Made by a program: the position numbers and the translations under genes
The notes under the pieces: model-generated
Databases searched by the model: none
Told to the model about the DNA's origin: nothing
The model's input: only the letters and a program-made list of their open reading frames with translations
Shown here: piece after piece, positions 62,835 through 64,000 of the stretch
How positions within the stretch are numbered: position 1 is the stretch's first letter
Layout of the letters: each line of letters opens with the position of its first letter
Assembly: GCA_020638795.1 (NCBI GenBank)
Contig: JACKHW010000003.1
Span: forward strand, 338,027-402,026
DNA: 64,000 nucleotides
Source: Planctomycetota bacterium
Lineage (GTDB): Bacteria > Planctomycetota > UBA1135 > GCA-002748355
Direction: 5' to 3'

Positions 62835-63377
62835 GTGCACTCCGATTCCAAACTCCGCGCCACGCGCTTATTCGTCGTTCCAGCCTTCTTCGTGCTCGCA
62901 CTCGTCGCCGGATCGTGTTCGAAGTCCCCGACCAAGCCGAAGCCGTCGGGGAACACCATCACCATCGAACAGCCCGCGAGTTCTGGAGCTGCCGAGAAGT
63001 CCGCGAACACCGTCCCAGGCAAGGCCCACGGGTCGAAGGCTCCGACACGACCACTACCGCGTCTCTCGGATGCGACGATCGCCTCGATCCGCAAGCACGT
63101 CGCCGACGCGAAGACCGCCTACAACGAGGCGATCAAGGTCCACGAAGACGCACCCTCCGACAAGGGCACGTTCTTTGCCGCGCTGAACCGCTGCAAGAAC
63201 GAACTCGACGCTGCGGACACCGAACTCCAACCAGTCACCTTGTGGGAAGAGGAGAGCAGCATGGAGGATTGGAAGGTCAGCGCCGACGAGGACGGCTACC
63301 TCCGCACGCTGATGCCGATTCTCGGGCAGATCGACAAGATGCGGGCCGCCGCGGAAAAGATCTCCCGCCCCCGCTGA
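62835..63377 (+). CDS. hypothetical lipoprotein
   Basis: The lipobox is FFVLALVAGSC. The start at 62835 is a GTG. No family was recognised. Confidence 0.45.
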   Translation: MHSDSKLRATRLFVVPAFFVLALVAGSCSKSPTKPKPSGNTITIEQPASSGAAEKSANTVPGKAHGSKAPTRPLPRLSDATIASIRKHVADAKTAYNEAIKVHEDAPSDKGTFFAALNRCKNELDAADTELQPVTLWEEESSMEDWKVSADEDGYLRTLMPILGQIDKMRAAAEKISRPR

Positions 63378-63448
63378 CGCGCGTTCTTGCAAAACTCGGG
63401 ACGTGATCCCGCACTTCGTGCGTCGTTCGTCCCCCTGAACCCGGTCCG

Positions 63449-64000
63449 ATGATGCAGATTCGACGCATGCTCCCCTCTACGGCTCTCTTGGCGATGTTCG
63501 CCCTGCCGTCGCCGGCCCTACCAGCGCTGCCCCAGGATGCGTCGCGGTTCGCGGCGACGTTCGAGGGCGGATCGGTGACGTGGAACGAGTTCCACGAAGA
63601 ACTCGCCCGTCGCCATCGCGGCAAGCAACTCGGCAAGGACAGCCTCGAGCATCTCGTCGAGAAGGCGATCGTCGAACGCGAGGCCGAGCGACGAGGCGAG
63701 AAGGTCTCCAAGGAAGAGATCGACCGCTACCTCGAGATGCTCGAAAAGCAGCTCGCTGCAGCCGATCGATCGCTTCGCGAGCACCTCGCATCCCGTGCGA
63801 CGAGCCTTGCGTCGTTTCGCGACTACATCGCGTTGAGCCGTCTCTACGAGCGTCTCGCCCGTGCGGACCTGGGCCTCGACGAGAACACGCCGCTCGACTC
63901 GGGCCGTCGCAAGCTCTGGATCACCGAGCAGAAACGCAAGCACACCGTGGAGACGGACGTCGGAAAGCTCCCACAGGACGCTGCGGCCCTCGTCGGCGAG
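63449..64000 (+). CDS. SurA-N/PpiD-like periplasmic chaperone, partial (runs off window end)
   Basis: The frame is open from ATG 63449 to the window end and is not in the track. It reads MMQIRRMLPSTALLAMFALPSPALPALPQD...VTWNEFHEELARRHRGKQLGKDSLEHLVEKAIVEREAERRG. Confidence 0.45.
   Translation, partial: MMQIRRMLPSTALLAMFALPSPALPALPQDASRFAATFEGGSVTWNEFHEELARRHRGKQLGKDSLEHLVEKAIVEREAERRGEKVSKEEIDRYLEMLEKQLAAADRSLREHLASRATSLASFRDYIALSRLYERLARADLGLDENTPLDSGRRKLWITEQKRKHTVETDVGKLPQDAAALVGE

Overview
GC-rich chromosomal segment (about two-thirds G+C by eye, not computed), all read by hand. It most likely comes from a Planctomycetota-like bacterium, judging from a PSCyt1 cytochrome-domain protein, a TIGR02999-type ECF sigma factor and many secreted repeat proteins. 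I call about 57 protein-coding genes and saw no rRNA, tRNA or CRISPR array. Many long ORFs in the supplied track are alternate-frame or antisense shadows typical of high-GC DNA. Several real genes are much shorter than their track ORFs, and the track also uses GTG/TTG as M. Content from left to right: (1) LPS-core genes and a sigma-70 factor. (2) A photo-oxidative-stress cluster at 3.6-13.4 kb: a CarH-type B12 photoreceptor at the end of a desaturase / FAD-oxidoreductase / DUF1365 / CFA-methylase / DUF2878 operon; a second CFA-family methylase coupled to a BCP peroxiredoxin with an in-frame UGA exactly at the catalytic Cys codon (candidate selenoprotein); a VOC protein; and a class II photolyase. 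(3) Two paralogous ~2.2-kb mobile-element relics (13.5-15.7 kb and 56.9-59.1 kb), each made of REP-like hairpin elements in inverted orientation, an intact IS200-like/RAYT tyrosine transposase and decayed IS481-type fragments. (4) Zinc-economy genes: L31 type B, ZnuA, and a COG0523 GTPase translationally coupled to pyrC. (5) An ECF sigma / ChrR-like anti-sigma pair heading a TPR / DUF4331 / unknown / DUF4394 operon, with two promoter-like boxes sharing identical 10-mers. (6) A TIGR02999-type ECF sigma facing a free-standing 79-aa copy of the kinase N-terminal module that normally partners it. (7) EgtB plus an ATP-grasp ligase with no EgtD in the window. (8) Housekeeping genes rpmB, lgt and maeB, and several secreted beta-propeller/beta-helix proteins that share a C-terminal module. 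Start codons are often uncertain. All functional calls rest on motif recognition, not database searches.
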